A stretch of DNA of 64,000 bases, taken from contig CAVPXM010000030.1 in assembly GCA_963709405.1 (NCBI GenBank), positions 128,001 to 192,000 on the forward strand, read 5' to 3'. The position numbers and the translations under genes are program-made. A model generated the notes under the pieces. That model was not told where the DNA came from and did no database searches. It saw only the letters and a list, made by a program, of their open reading frames with translations. This stretch comes from an uncultured Nitrososphaerales archaeon. Lineage in GTDB: Archaea > Thermoproteota > Nitrososphaeria > Nitrososphaerales > Nitrososphaeraceae. Of the stretch, positions 22,477-33,028 are shown piece by piece (the stretch's first letter is position 1; each line of letters begins with the position of its first letter).

Positions 22477-23449
22477 AAGCCTACATACGCCCCTGCGACA
22501 TATCAAAGGTGACCTTAACTACCAATTCGTAGATATTATTTTTCATCATATTTCAATTTTCTATTCATGCGATCCTGGCTGTCCAACCTACGGTGCCTCC
22601 GTTGCCTGCTAATGAGTCATATCCTTTCACTGTCATCCGCTTTCGTTTCGTAGATGTCCGTATCATTAAGGCTCCAGAAGCCAGTCATACAACTTTGTCG
22701 TTATTCTAAACCATAATTGACTTGCCGGAATGTTGCCAGGACAGAACAGATCATTTTGTCGTTGAATGGGAATATTTCTTCACCGTTATATGAGTCTGAA
22801 TTGCAGCTGGATTAATACCACGCTTATCATCTAGAGGCCTATATCATCTGGGAAAACATCTTGAATTAATATATTCTGAATCATTATTAGCTACTGGACC
22901 AGTTACACGCTCGTCCTCGACTTGTTCAGATGACTCCATTTTATTCGCTAATCGCCTCCTTCGAGTTCGAACTGTAAGGATTGTTGACTCTGATTTCACG
23001 AACCATTTTGTTGCAATCGCCCTAATTACAAGTATTACCGAACTATGATTTCTTTGTTATACTTGGCTGGAAATCTATGCATCTCATTATGTCCTGCTAA
23101 AGTGAATCGTATCTTCACAACATTACTTGTTTACTTTATTATATCAGCAGCTGCTTTCGGTAATTTATTTTTCTCATCTAGTACTGTCCTTTAGATTTAA
23201 CGAACGAGTGAGTTAAGTCATATGATCCTGCTTTAAAGCATATTTCTTGGAATCCTATACGAATTGTGAATTATGGGATCATGATCCTTTGATACATCGT
23301 ACAACTGACTACAAATTTCTGAAAAGTAACAAAACTGTCTATGCTGATTGAAGAAACTTTCCATCCCTAGACAATTGACTTCAATCAAGTATGTCGAAAT
23401 AAGGCAATAACTCTCGAGTCAGTTTTCACAATAGAACAAAAAATTAAGA

Positions 23450-23911
23450 TTACGGAGTGTTATTTACTTGGATAGTCCCCTTCATGGTAAATGGATGATA
23501 TGCACAGTGATATGTGAAAGTGCCTGTCATATTTGGACTAAAAACTAGTTGACCTGAACCATTAGGAGCTATGTCATCGCTTGATGGTAATACGTCGGCT
23601 CCCGTATCAATGATTAGTTCATGCTTCGTATCGGTCGGATTTTGGATTTTGATGATATTTTTGGTATTTGTTAATGCTTTTATCGTAGGGTTGGATACTG
23701 CGTTACTACTGTCAATCCAATTGTAGACACCATTCTTTACTTCCTTAGCTCCCAACTGAATCGTGTTTGTACTATTGATGACTCTTTTTCCAACTGCAGC
23801 GGATGCTAATTGCAAGTGGTATCCATTCTGACTATTAGTACATAAGAAACCACATATGACTGCTGCAGATACTACGAATGTGAAAGTTACATGAGTACGT
23901 ATTCTCTTCAT
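23450..23911 (-). CDS. Secreted cupredoxin (plastocyanin/azurin-like blue copper protein)
   Basis: Signal peptide; type-1 Cu ligands H (KHEL) and 'YHCAYHPFTMKG'. Confidence 0.9.
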   Translation of the reverse strand: MKRIRTHVTFTFVVSAAVICGFLCTNSQNGYHLQLASAAVGKRVINSTNTIQLGAKEVKNGVYNWIDSSNAVSNPTIKALTNTKNIIKIQNPTDTKHELIIDTGADVLPSSDDIAPNGSGQLVFSPNMTGTFTYHCAYHPFTMKGTIQVNNTP

Positions 23912-23954
23912 TAATTTGTAGGTATTGGTCTGCTCCTATTTTAGAACAATATAC

Positions 23955-23987
23955 AAATACCAGTTTTGGGACTCAAAACTGGTATTT
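23955..23987. promoter_or_regulatory. Perfect 14-bp inverted repeat with 5-nt spacer upstream of the cupredoxin gene; candidate operator
   Basis: AAATACCAGTTTTG-GGACT-CAAAACTGGTATTT, 44 nt upstream of the ATG. Confidence 0.65.
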
Positions 23988-24665
23988 ACTCCAATCCTTC
24001 ATAGACAGATGGATCGTCATATCATATTGAAACCATTATGATCTGATAGTCTACCAGATTTATAATAGTAAAAGCCCATTTTCGCTCTATGATGCTAAAT
24101 GTATAAGGGTATAAGACAATAACTACGTCATAAAGAGGAGGGACTCTACCTTTGCTGGATGTATCAAAATATGTGTGAATTATATTCTTCATATTGTATA
24201 TTCCAAATGCCCAAGGGCGTAACTAATATAACACGAATCTACTGGTGGATGTTAAAGTAAAATCTACTTTACCATATTGTAAGATAGGCTAGTTTGTGCC
24301 CACTTTACAATCATAATCAGAATATGTTACTGCAAGCGATTACATACTTTGGTATCATTATACTTGATATGATATCGTGTTTAAGTTTAAAAGACTATGT
24401 GGTAAACAGAGGATGGTTCGATTATCAAATGAAGATCGCTCATTAAGAGTAGTGCTTGTGAATCTGTCGCGAATGTATAATAAACAGAACCGTAAGATTA
24501 TATCCCTAATGACTGTTCTATCCTATATTGCTTGGAGCTGAAAAGCGTCAAAGCAATAATCTTGCTTAGAAATAACTTTATACCATGCATCTCGTAACCA
24601 GCAGCAGGCTGTGCTCAAGAGCAACGAATTAATTTAGATTCGACAAGGTTACCGACCCAAGAGAT

Positions 24666-25004
24666 TTAACCCCTCATGAAACCTAGCACGAAGCCAGCTG
24701 TTAGGCTACCAGTTAGAGGTATGCCAATGCTTGACATGGTTGAGGCAATATTTTCGTGGGTTCCAGGTATCTGCCCACTGGTAACATTACCTAATGCACC
24801 CGAGAGACCCGTCTGAATTTTATTCCAGTTTACAGTAATCAACTTCTGATATTCCAAGGAAATGACTGCAACAAATAGCAAACCAATTATAACTAGCATA
24901 ATTTTCATAACCTTTTTGATAGCATAGCCTATCAAAAAACCAGTAATTCCACCGAATCCTATAGATGTCGCAGTAGAAGCAAATGGAGAAAAGTCAATAC
25001 TCAT
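24666..25004 (-). CDS. FUN14-family membrane protein
   Basis: 'GFGGITGFLIGYAIKKVMK...LEYQKLITVNW...GFVLGFMRG'. Confidence 0.88.
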   Translation of the reverse strand: MSIDFSPFASTATSIGFGGITGFLIGYAIKKVMKIMLVIIGLLFVAVISLEYQKLITVNWNKIQTGLSGALGNVTSGQIPGTHENIASTMSSIGIPLTGSLTAGFVLGFMRG

Positions 25005-25399
25005 TTATACGCAATGTATTTCAAAATTCAATTTATAGTGCATGCGATTATTTTTTATATAATCATCATTGAGGAGATTCTATTCGGCAATTCTGCCAGT
25101 ACACTTGCTTGTATTAAAGCAGCAGTACAGAAATACGAGCATCTTCTCAGAAAAGACTGCGTGGGAAGGGATGGTGGATATGAGCTATAATCAGGACTGT
25201 TCGCGTCAAGCAAACGTCCTATCATCCCGACCTGAAAAACACAATCCGATCATATTCATTGCCACGAAATGGGCAGAAACTGCTGCAAAATTGGCAGGTA
25301 CGCCGGTCTTGATAAAATTGGGCAAGCATCCTTCAAGATGGCTTAGCCTTCAAAAACCTCCATCTAATATCATCATCCCATCGTAATTTGTATAATAGA

Positions 25400-25846
25400 T
25401 TAATGAAGTTTAGTTTCCTTCACTAGACCCCTTAGATGTGCCAAAGATCTCACCTGGCCTCCATTCACTTTCTTGTAAAGCATCCAGAACATCTCTCTGT
25501 TTATATCATTTCTATCTTTTAAAACCTTTAAATGATATCTCATTGACCTTACTTTATGTATATATATCTCCTTCTTGCCTGCTCTTGCGGATTTCTTTCC
25601 TTTCTTAGAACCTGGGCCTGTCCCGTGTTTTTTTCGAATCGTATGTTTCGCTTTTGCCCTAGACCGAGATGTACCAGCAGGTTTGCCGGTCCAAATTACT
25701 CCCTTCTTAATCAAACTCCTAATGTTTTCTCTTGTAATTGAATCAGCCACGTCGTCAAGTTTGTCGGGTTCAAACCTGACTCTGTTTATTCCTACGCCAA
25801 GAATCCTAGCTGCTAGCTCCCTCTTTTTCCTTATATTAATTACCAT
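25400..25846 (-). CDS. rpl19e: 50S ribosomal protein L19e
   Basis: 'KRELAARILGVG', 'ITRENIRSLI', 'GPGSKKG'. Confidence 0.96.
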   Translation of the reverse strand: MVINIRKKRELAARILGVGINRVRFEPDKLDDVADSITRENIRSLIKKGVIWTGKPAGTSRSRAKAKHTIRKKHGTGPGSKKGKKSARAGKKEIYIHKVRSMRYHLKVLKDRNDINREMFWMLYKKVNGGQVRSLAHLRGLVKETKLH

Positions 25847-25851
25847 GAGTT

Positions 25852-26295
25852 CTACCCTTTAGCCTTATTTGTTTCCGTAGTCTTATTTTTTCCTTCAGTT
25901 TTTTCTTTTTGAGACAATTTTCCTGCATTTAGAATCTTGATGCCCAGTTCTGTTGCCTTTGAGATGATCTCGATTCTCTTACGTTTTCCTACCGCATGTG
26001 CCAATCTTGCTGCATCTTTCTTAGCATCTAATTGTGCCAAGTCATTAATGTTGAACACCAGATTATCTGTGTATCCAGACGGATGTAGGCCCCGGCTCTC
26101 CTTAGGGCCCCTATAACCCACCTTCACAAGGCGTGGTACACCTGACACCTGGCGTCTCATCTTGTTATCTTTGCCCTTAGGCTTTCGCCAGTTCTCTGAT
26201 AATCTATCATATCTCCAACTCTCTTGTCTAACAAATTTAGGCCTCGAATCAGAGACTTTTTTTCGTGCCTTAAGCAGTTCAGTGTTAATTACCAT
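25852..26295 (-). CDS. rpl32e: 50S ribosomal protein L32e
   Basis: 'PKFVRQESWRYDRL..WRKPKGKDNKMR', 'GLHPSG'; start taken at MVINT. Confidence 0.96.
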   Translation of the reverse strand: MVINTELLKARKKVSDSRPKFVRQESWRYDRLSENWRKPKGKDNKMRRQVSGVPRLVKVGYRGPKESRGLHPSGYTDNLVFNINDLAQLDAKKDAARLAHAVGKRKRIEIISKATELGIKILNAGKLSQKEKTEGKNKTTETNKAKG

Positions 26296-26767
26296 AACAA
26301 ACACACAAGTGGTATGAAGAGTCAATTTTTAAATAAATACGTTTCTACCTTCGCTTTAATAACTACATGACATAAGCTCATTCATGTAAAGTATACATTA
26401 CCGATGTTCAGATTCACTTCCATAACCTGAAAGTAAATAAGAAGCAAAATAGATTCCATTTGTATTCTGGCCAATAACAAAATTCAAATCCGAGACAACT
26501 ACCTTTTTTTAGCGCTATGGAGGTCTGACGCACTTGAATATGATGAATCCGGCACTATTGAATTATAACCAAGTGCTAATGCGGATTAGCTCCGACGGAT
26601 TCGCATTACGTTAGACAAGACTTGACAAACGTGGTAAATGAGCTGGAATCATTGCTAATTAATAATTAAGTAATGATGGACATTTGCTACGTCAGAGAAT
26701 AGTCACACTAGTAAAGTATAACTCATACCATCTACTTACCATAAACTTTGCGATAGAGTCGATCAGT

Positions 26768-27169
26768 TCAGCTTTTTCCCTTATAATTGGCTGTGATCAA
26801 ATCTTGCACGTCTTTAGTTATGTCTATTACGGTGTGAGAATCTACATTTGGTTCGATAGATAGTAGTAGGGTAAATTTTTCCATATAGAATGTGAGCATC
26901 GAAATCTTCTCGCGCTCTACGTATGCAAACCTGGCTCTACCCATGGACTTATCAAATCTCTGTCTCATAGATTTTCTAAGGGCAGTTTGGACCAAATACA
27001 ATTCGTCATTATCCTGTGCCGTTATGGAATCAATTCCTTTACGCATACCACCTGCAATCAGAGATCCAAAATCATCAATAATTCCTGCGTATCTAATATC
27101 ATCATGTAAGGCAAATACTTGTTGACACAATTCCTCAAAATTCAATACTGCTATTAGTGAAAAATTCAC
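26768..27169 (-). CDS. Roadblock/longin-like small protein (thaumarchaeal type)
   Basis: 'IRYAGIIDDFGSLIAGGMRKGI...FAYVEREK' roadblock-like pattern. Confidence 0.7.
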   Translation of the reverse strand: MNFSLIAVLNFEELCQQVFALHDDIRYAGIIDDFGSLIAGGMRKGIDSITAQDNDELYLVQTALRKSMRQRFDKSMGRARFAYVEREKISMLTFYMEKFTLLLSIEPNVDSHTVIDITKDVQDLITANYKGKS

Positions 27170-27483
27170 GTGTATATATATGTGCAGATTCGCTCGATTT
27201 TTAGTTAATTATTGTATTATTAGAGAGACAAAACGGTTGAAGAAAACTGGCAAGATTCGATATGCCTCTTTATTGAGGGGATCTTTGAAAGTAAAATCCT
27301 TGCAACTTTCTAGACTTGGAGGGTTTACTCTTCTGCCTAGCTAAATCAAAATCTGTACAATTTCTTGCCAGCAGGGAAAACTGATTTTTTTCAAACCAAA
27401 CAAAAAACACGTAAATTCGTTCCAGATCGATAGCGTCGGTCAACCCATCTCTATAGTTGAAGAAAGCAAGCATCAGTTGTCTG

Positions 27484-28059
27484 TTAATAGTCTATGCCTA
27501 TCTTCGCTTTCACTCCCGATCGGTAAGGATGTTTAACCTCCTTCATTTCAGTCACTAGATCAGCCATATCAATAATTTCCGGAAGTGCGTAGTTGCCTGT
27601 AAGCACAAGCGTTGTTTCACTGGGAACCGACTCCACTATACTTATTATGTCTTCCTTTGTTATTAAACTGAGCTTTACAGCATAGTTAATTTCATCTAGG
27701 ATAATTACATTATATTCCCGTGAGGCTATTTTGTTTTTGGCGAGTGAAACAGCATTTTTAGCTGCAGTTTCATGTTCTTTAAATGAGTGATCGTCGTCCA
27801 GGATCCCTACGAATCCCTTGCCAGCTGCTATCATTTCAAATTCAGGTTCTAATCTTTTTGAGCTAGTGAGCTCGCCATAGTACCATTCCCCCTTAATGAA
27901 TTGAATCATTCCGACCTTATGGCCATGTCCTACTGATCGCAATGCAATTCCCAGTGCCGCCGTAGTTTTACCCTTGCCATTTCCTGTATACACAACTATT
28001 AGCCCTCTATTACTGGACCTGTTACCAGTTAGCATTAAGAATAAATTCAGTAAATTCAA
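27484..28059 (-). CDS. cobO: Cob(I)yrinic acid a,c-diamide adenosyltransferase (CobO/BtuR)
   Basis: 'YTGNGKGKTTAALG', 'QFIKG', 'ILDEI', 'ADLVTEM..VKHPY..G..A..GIDY'. Confidence 0.95.
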   Translation of the reverse strand: MNLLNLFLMLTGNRSSNRGLIVVYTGNGKGKTTAALGIALRSVGHGHKVGMIQFIKGEWYYGELTSSKRLEPEFEMIAAGKGFVGILDDDHSFKEHETAAKNAVSLAKNKIASREYNVIILDEINYAVKLSLITKEDIISIVESVPSETTLVLTGNYALPEIIDMADLVTEMKEVKHPYRSGVKAKIGIDY

Positions 28060-28284
28060 CTTATATAAAAACTGAGCCTTGGTTTAATCCACTATAGTTG
28101 AAGGCGGTTCTTTATAGATAAGGCTGTACCAAGCAAAAGTTCCAACATCACCTCATGATTATTGATTTTTTTGCTATTTTCTTGTATTGTCTTACGCTTG
28201 AGATGGAATTATGAGATGAAAAAACTGAAAATTTGTATTGATGGTAACGTTAAAGTATGCGAATTGTTCGGTTTACCTTTATAA

Positions 28285-29094
28285 ATGGTTACTGCCGAAA
28301 TACGACAACTTCCTGAAGATGGTGACATTGTCATTGTAACTGTTAAACAAGTTACTGGGCATGGTGCCTATGTTAGTTTAGACGAATATAAAGGAATGAC
28401 TGGGTTTCTTCACATCTCGGAAATCGCGACTGGTTGGATTCGAAATATTGAACGTTATGTAAAACCTAAACAAAAGTCGGTTCTGAAGGTAATCAGAGTA
28501 GATAAAGCAAGAGCTGAAGTTGATCTTTCACTCAAACAGGTATCTGGGGAGGAAAGAAAATCTAAAGTGATCGAAGTAAAGAAGAGTGAGAAAGCGTCGG
28601 CATTTATGGAGATTATTAGATCCAAGACTAACCTCACAGATACACAGATGAAGGAACTTGAAGATAAGATATTACAAAAATATGATTATGTATATGATCT
28701 TTTCGAAGCCACGGCTAGAAAGGGAATGGAACCTATTCAGAATCTAGGCCTTTCAGACGAGATTGCGAAGGCAATTGAAGAGGAAAGCAAGAAGATACAG
28801 ATACCACATGTCGAAATAAGAGGCATCTTTGAGATTTCAATTAAGAAGCCAGATGGAATTGAGATTATTAAATCCACATTATCATCTGTAGAGAGTAGTA
28901 AGAACAATTCGAATGTCGCTATTTCATACGTTGCTGCTCCTAGGTACAGAGTCGTGATCACCACAGAGAATTTCAAGATGGCCGAAAAAATAATGAATAA
29001 CGTAGTGGAAAAAGTTCGGTCATCAATAATTAAACACCACGGCGCATTTAATTTTATTCGATTGGAATCTAAAAAAACACATTCTTCCGGATAG
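28285..29094 (+). CDS. eif2a: Translation initiation factor 2 alpha subunit
   Basis: S1 domain 'GAYVSLDEY...HISEIATGWIRNI', 'APRYRV'. Confidence 0.96.
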   Translation: MVTAEIRQLPEDGDIVIVTVKQVTGHGAYVSLDEYKGMTGFLHISEIATGWIRNIERYVKPKQKSVLKVIRVDKARAEVDLSLKQVSGEERKSKVIEVKKSEKASAFMEIIRSKTNLTDTQMKELEDKILQKYDYVYDLFEATARKGMEPIQNLGLSDEIAKAIEEESKKIQIPHVEIRGIFEISIKKPDGIEIIKSTLSSVESSKNNSNVAISYVAAPRYRVVITTENFKMAEKIMNNVVEKVRSSIIKHHGAFNFIRLESKKTHSSG

Positions 29095-29104
29095 GTGGTT
29101 CGGT

Positions 29105-29269
29105 ATGAGACATCTTTTAAGAAGGTGCCCGTCGTGTGGGACTTATACTTTGAAGTACGAATGTCCAAAGTGTAGTTCATCAACTGTCTCTCCTCATCCG
29201 GCAAAATATTCTCCCGACGACAGGTATGCTAGATACAGGATTCAGGATGCACATCTAGATCACGACTGA
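29105..29269 (+). CDS. nop10: H/ACA RNP protein Nop10 (54 aa, below the ORF-track cutoff)
   Basis: MRHLLRRCPSCGTYTLKYECPKC...PHPAKYSPDDRYARYR; conserved position after aIF2-alpha. Confidence 0.95.
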   Translation: MRHLLRRCPSCGTYTLKYECPKCSSSTVSPHPAKYSPDDRYARYRIQDAHLDHD

Positions 29270-29470
29270 CCTAGATGTTGTCTACCATTAGTTAGTTAGC
29301 TATCATTAATCAATGCAAGGATGCGTAAGCAAGTACAATTGTGTAAGAAATTACAAATTTCCAAATGCGGAGGTATTCAATCAGATTAGATTAGATCCAT
29401 GTTGAAAAATATCTTCCCATCCCATTATGGAGAAGAATTATGATGGCATCACTGATAATTTATTCGCACA

Positions 29471-30001
29471 TTATCTCTTGGTTGCATTAATGATATTATG
29501 AGATGCAAACCTTGTCGCATTAGTATTTTGTAATTTTTGTATTACAGACTTCATACCAGCCGTATTATTCATACCAGCATTCATACCAGCAGCCGTATTA
29601 TTCATACCAGCATTCATACCAGCAGCCGTATTATTCATACCAGCATTATTCATACCAGCATTCATACCAGCATTCATACCAGCATTCATACCAGCAGCCG
29701 TATTATTCATCACTTTTGGGAGATTAGAGATAAATTGTTTTGCGGCATAACCGGTTGCATTCGTATTTCGGCTCTGCTCAATGATCGATTGCATGAGTGA
29801 TTTTGGGGACATAAACGATTCTACCGCGCTTTGTGCAGATTGATTACTAGCATTACCTTTAGTAGAGTTGTTTGGCTGTTGTGCTCTTGCTGGCTGAGAT
29901 AGAATCTCGTGATCTATGATGACTATTGATGCCGCCAGTATTGTTAAAATGGTCATGGCGGATAATAATTGATAACTTATCAGTTGCTTACTTTTCATCA
30001 T
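29471..30001 (-). CDS. Secreted protein with Met-rich tandem repeats
   Basis: Signal peptide, ten AGM units, several N-x-S/T sequons. Confidence 0.75.
   Translation of the reverse strand: MMKSKQLISYQLLSAMTILTILAASIVIIDHEILSQPARAQQPNNSTKGNASNQSAQSAVESFMSPKSLMQSIIEQSRNTNATGYAAKQFISNLPKVMNNTAAGMNAGMNAGMNAGMNNAGMNNTAAGMNAGMNNTAAGMNAGMNNTAGMKSVIQKLQNTNATRFASHNIINATKR
29550..29710. repeat. Coding tandem repeat of 12-bp (TTCATACCAGCA) and longer units encoding NAGM / NNTAAGM
   Basis: Directly visible; all unit lengths are multiples of 3. Confidence 0.95.
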
Positions 30002-30235
30002 GTGAAAGAGAATTAGTATTTAATTTATTTATTTCTATCTTCTATTCTAGGTAAAAGTACACTTACAAATGTAATAGAACACGACTAAAGGAATGGAATT
30101 GACGTGTTGGCGAATATTAAATTCAATAATATGCGAATCCTTAGAAAATATTATGTTATATCTGTCAGTATTGAATTGACTTAATAAAAAAGAGAATGGG
30201 TCATAAGGTGTGCAGTTACTTACTTCTAATTCATT

Positions 30236-31036
30236 TTATCTTCCAATGCAGATGCCGCTTGGGTTGCTTGTCCTACAATTGTTTTCAGTAAAGCTGTTGG
30301 CGTTAATGTTTGCTCCTAATCCATTTGCGTTATTCATGTCAATTGCGTTATTCAATACGTCGTTCGTCTTTACCACATTATTCGAAGTCTGCGCATCTAA
30401 GAATATACCATTTTGGCTTCCTGCCACGTTGTTGAACACCAGTTGAGAATTATGTGTATTGACTAATGTTATTCCTGCGAGTGTGTTACCGGTGAATATA
30501 TTTGATTCTATGTCAGCGCCACTACTAGAGTGAGTTGCAAATCCTAGGTTATTCTGGATGAACAAGTTGTGCGTCAATTGTGCGTTATCCGCTCCAGTCA
30601 TAAATACTCCTATTTGATTAGCTAATAATGTTACCGCGGGGCCGACAGACAAGTGGTTAGCTCCGGTTACCAAAATACCAGCTTGGAAGTTATTTATTGT
30701 TCCTGGGCCTCTTACTACTACATTATCATTATTGGGTATCATGATTCCCACTTTGGAGCTCTCTGTTCCTTTAGGAGAAGAATTTTTAATGCTGTATCCA
30801 TTTAAGTTTATGACTGTGTTGTCGCTTCCTACAATTATACCGTCTCCATCGCAAACTAGACTCGATGTTAGGTTTACAACTCCCCTAACAACTTCTCCAC
30901 AAACGGGATTAGTTACAGTGGCTGTTGGTGCTGGTTGTGCTTGTGCCATTTGAGGTAATGGTTGTAACATTAGTCCTCCTATAGCTGCCAATGACACTAT
31001 TGTTGCTACCATGTATGACATTATAGTTCGTTTCAT
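30236..31036 (-). CDS. Secreted right-handed parallel beta-helix (NosD/CASH-like) protein
   Basis: Signal peptide; 'DGIIVGSDNTVINLNG', repeated 'N..GI.L...N' Asn ladders. Confidence 0.85.
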   Translation of the reverse strand: MKRTIMSYMVATIVSLAAIGGLMLQPLPQMAQAQPAPTATVTNPVCGEVVRGVVNLTSSLVCDGDGIIVGSDNTVINLNGYSIKNSSPKGTESSKVGIMIPNNDNVVVRGPGTINNFQAGILVTGANHLSVGPAVTLLANQIGVFMTGADNAQLTHNLFIQNNLGFATHSSSGADIESNIFTGNTLAGITLVNTHNSQLVFNNVAGSQNGIFLDAQTSNNVVKTNDVLNNAIDMNNANGLGANINANSFTENNCRTSNPSGICIGR

Positions 31037-31433
31037 TCAGAAGAAGGCTAGAAAATAAGGTATTTATGTGAAACTATTATTTGTACTAAATTTCAGATTC
31101 GTGCCTATTCAACATAAGTATGTAATTGCGTTATTGATCGAAAGTAAGTATTGGTACAAGTAATCATTCTACTGTAACTAACTTGTACAACATAATTCTA
31201 CATGCTGTTTCTCAATCGATCAGACGTATACTGGGACTTCGACTCTGGTTTCATCTAATCAAAATCTAGATTAAATCCATTGTTAATACTTGTTTACGAT
31301 AATAAGAACTAGAATTTACTATTGACAACAATACTGTTCAAAATGGTATTAAGAATATTGCTGACACTAGAGTTAATAGCTGTTCACTTGTGATAAGAAT
31401 TATAAGTTATTCGTTGTAAACAGTGAGATTACG

Positions 31434-32462
31434 ATGAAGATAGCCATTGCCGGCGCAGGGGTGGCTGGTAGCTATCTGGGTTGCCTGCTTAATAGGATGG
31501 GCCATGATGTAAATATATTTGAAGCAAGCAAAAAGGAAAATCATTGGCCGGTATGTGCATGGGGAGCATCTTATCACATGCTTTCAGGTTTTTCAGCAAA
31601 GGTGGGTCTGAATTTTGATAACTATGTGCTTCATGTCGGAAAAGTTCTGAGAATGGATCTTCCGAACAACACAACAGAATCTCTTGATTTGAGAGGGCTC
31701 GTCACGTATGACAAACATAGATGGGAAGAAGACATGCTAAGTGGTATCAAAATTGAATATGGAACGACATGTATGCCAAATTCTTTTCCATATTTTAAAT
31801 ACGATCTCGTGGCCGACTGCACAGGTTTGCATCGTACTATGCTCCCAAAATCCAAGGAGGATTTCATCATACCTGCTTACGAGTTTCTTGTCGAAAATAT
31901 CCAGGGATTAGATGAATTTTATGTGATAGGCTACAAGGGAGCAAGAGGCTACTTCTGGTATTTCCCACTAGATCAAGAAAAGGCATACGTAGGAGCGGGC
32001 GACCTTGATAGAAAATATTATGGTATACAGGACTTTTTCGAGAAGCATCCAAAATCAAGGATTATGAAAAAAATAGGTAGACCAATAAGATTAGCTCCAC
32101 CCAAACGGATGGAACCATTTAAGTCTGGCAATGTGATAGGTGTGGGAGAATCGATTGGATGCGTTTTTCCTATGCTGGGAGAAGGCATTATACCTTCTCT
32201 ATTATGCTGTGACTTATTTCTCGACTCTTTGGAGGAAAGCAGTATTATCAATTTTGATGAATATAGAAGAAAAGTACTGAAAAAATTTGCATATTACGAT
32301 GACGTTTACAGAATTGTAAGATTGAAAATGGAAAATAAATTGAACATGGTTAGACATCTCAATTTAGTAATGAGCATGTATAGGAATATGAAAAGGGAAG
32401 AGAAAAGGTTTGGGTTTGAAATAAACTTTGGTAAAATGAGAAGATTAGTAAATGCCTTGTAG
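31434..32462 (+). CDS. FAD-dependent oxidoreductase, geranylgeranyl-reductase family
   Basis: GAGVAG, 'CAWG', 'GYFWYFP', 'GVGESIGCVFPMLGEGI'. Confidence 0.85.
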   Translation: MKIAIAGAGVAGSYLGCLLNRMGHDVNIFEASKKENHWPVCAWGASYHMLSGFSAKVGLNFDNYVLHVGKVLRMDLPNNTTESLDLRGLVTYDKHRWEEDMLSGIKIEYGTTCMPNSFPYFKYDLVADCTGLHRTMLPKSKEDFIIPAYEFLVENIQGLDEFYVIGYKGARGYFWYFPLDQEKAYVGAGDLDRKYYGIQDFFEKHPKSRIMKKIGRPIRLAPPKRMEPFKSGNVIGVGESIGCVFPMLGEGIIPSLLCCDLFLDSLEESSIINFDEYRRKVLKKFAYYDDVYRIVRLKMENKLNMVRHLNLVMSMYRNMKREEKRFGFEINFGKMRRLVNAL

Positions 32463-32548
32463 CTGATAATCTTACTTTGCTTGCAGAATCAAATTCATAT
32501 TAGGGCAGAGCAGAGATTATGAAGTTATATTTCAATCTAATTCGCAGT

Positions 32549-32612
32549 ATTTGTGAGTAATTGATATGGAATTGTGTTTCATATAGATTTGTGAGTAATT
32601 GATATGGAATTG
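32549..32612. repeat. 26-bp exact direct repeat x2 with 12-bp spacer
   Basis: ATTTGTGAGTAATTGATATGGAATTG at 32549-32574 and 32587-32612. Confidence 0.9.
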
Positions 32613-32698
32613 GAGGCGAACTAAATCAATAATATATTTTAATATTGATGAGTAGAAAATAGTATCTTACAATATCGTTCAGCAAATTCAGTCAAAAT

Positions 32699-32935
32699 TC
32701 AAGCTTTAGGTTCTAGATTCACTATGAGCTTACCTGTGAAGGTTCCGGTTATACCTATTAGTAGTAGACCAATTTTATCTAATTCGTTGATGAAATGTTG
32801 GTTTATGAATTTCGTTTTCAGCCTGAGACGCCCTGTCTGAATATCTTGTTCTAACCCTTTTATATCAATGCCTATCATTTCAATTTTCTTTTGCCATCTT
32901 GCTAAACCATCGTCAGATTTCACCTCATCAGCCAT
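32699..32935 (-). CDS. Small hypothetical protein
   Basis: 78-aa ATG ORF preceded by GGAG. Confidence 0.5.
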   Translation of the reverse strand: MADEVKSDDGLARWQKKIEMIGIDIKGLEQDIQTGRLRLKTKFINQHFINELDKIGLLLIGITGTFTGKLIVNLEPKA

Positions 32936-33028
32936 TGAACAATAATCTCCAATTCTACTTCATCCGTATTGACATTGGATTACTTAATCCTTTTCTGTGT
33001 CGATATTCCTAGCGATATCCCTATTGTG

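Noticed and set aside
29550-29710. Repeat array as possible CRISPR
   Set aside because: Adjacent short units without unique spacers, in frame within a coding sequence; no cas genes
32549-32612. 26-bp repeat pair as mini-CRISPR
   Set aside because: Only two copies and a 12-bp spacer, too short for a CRISPR spacer
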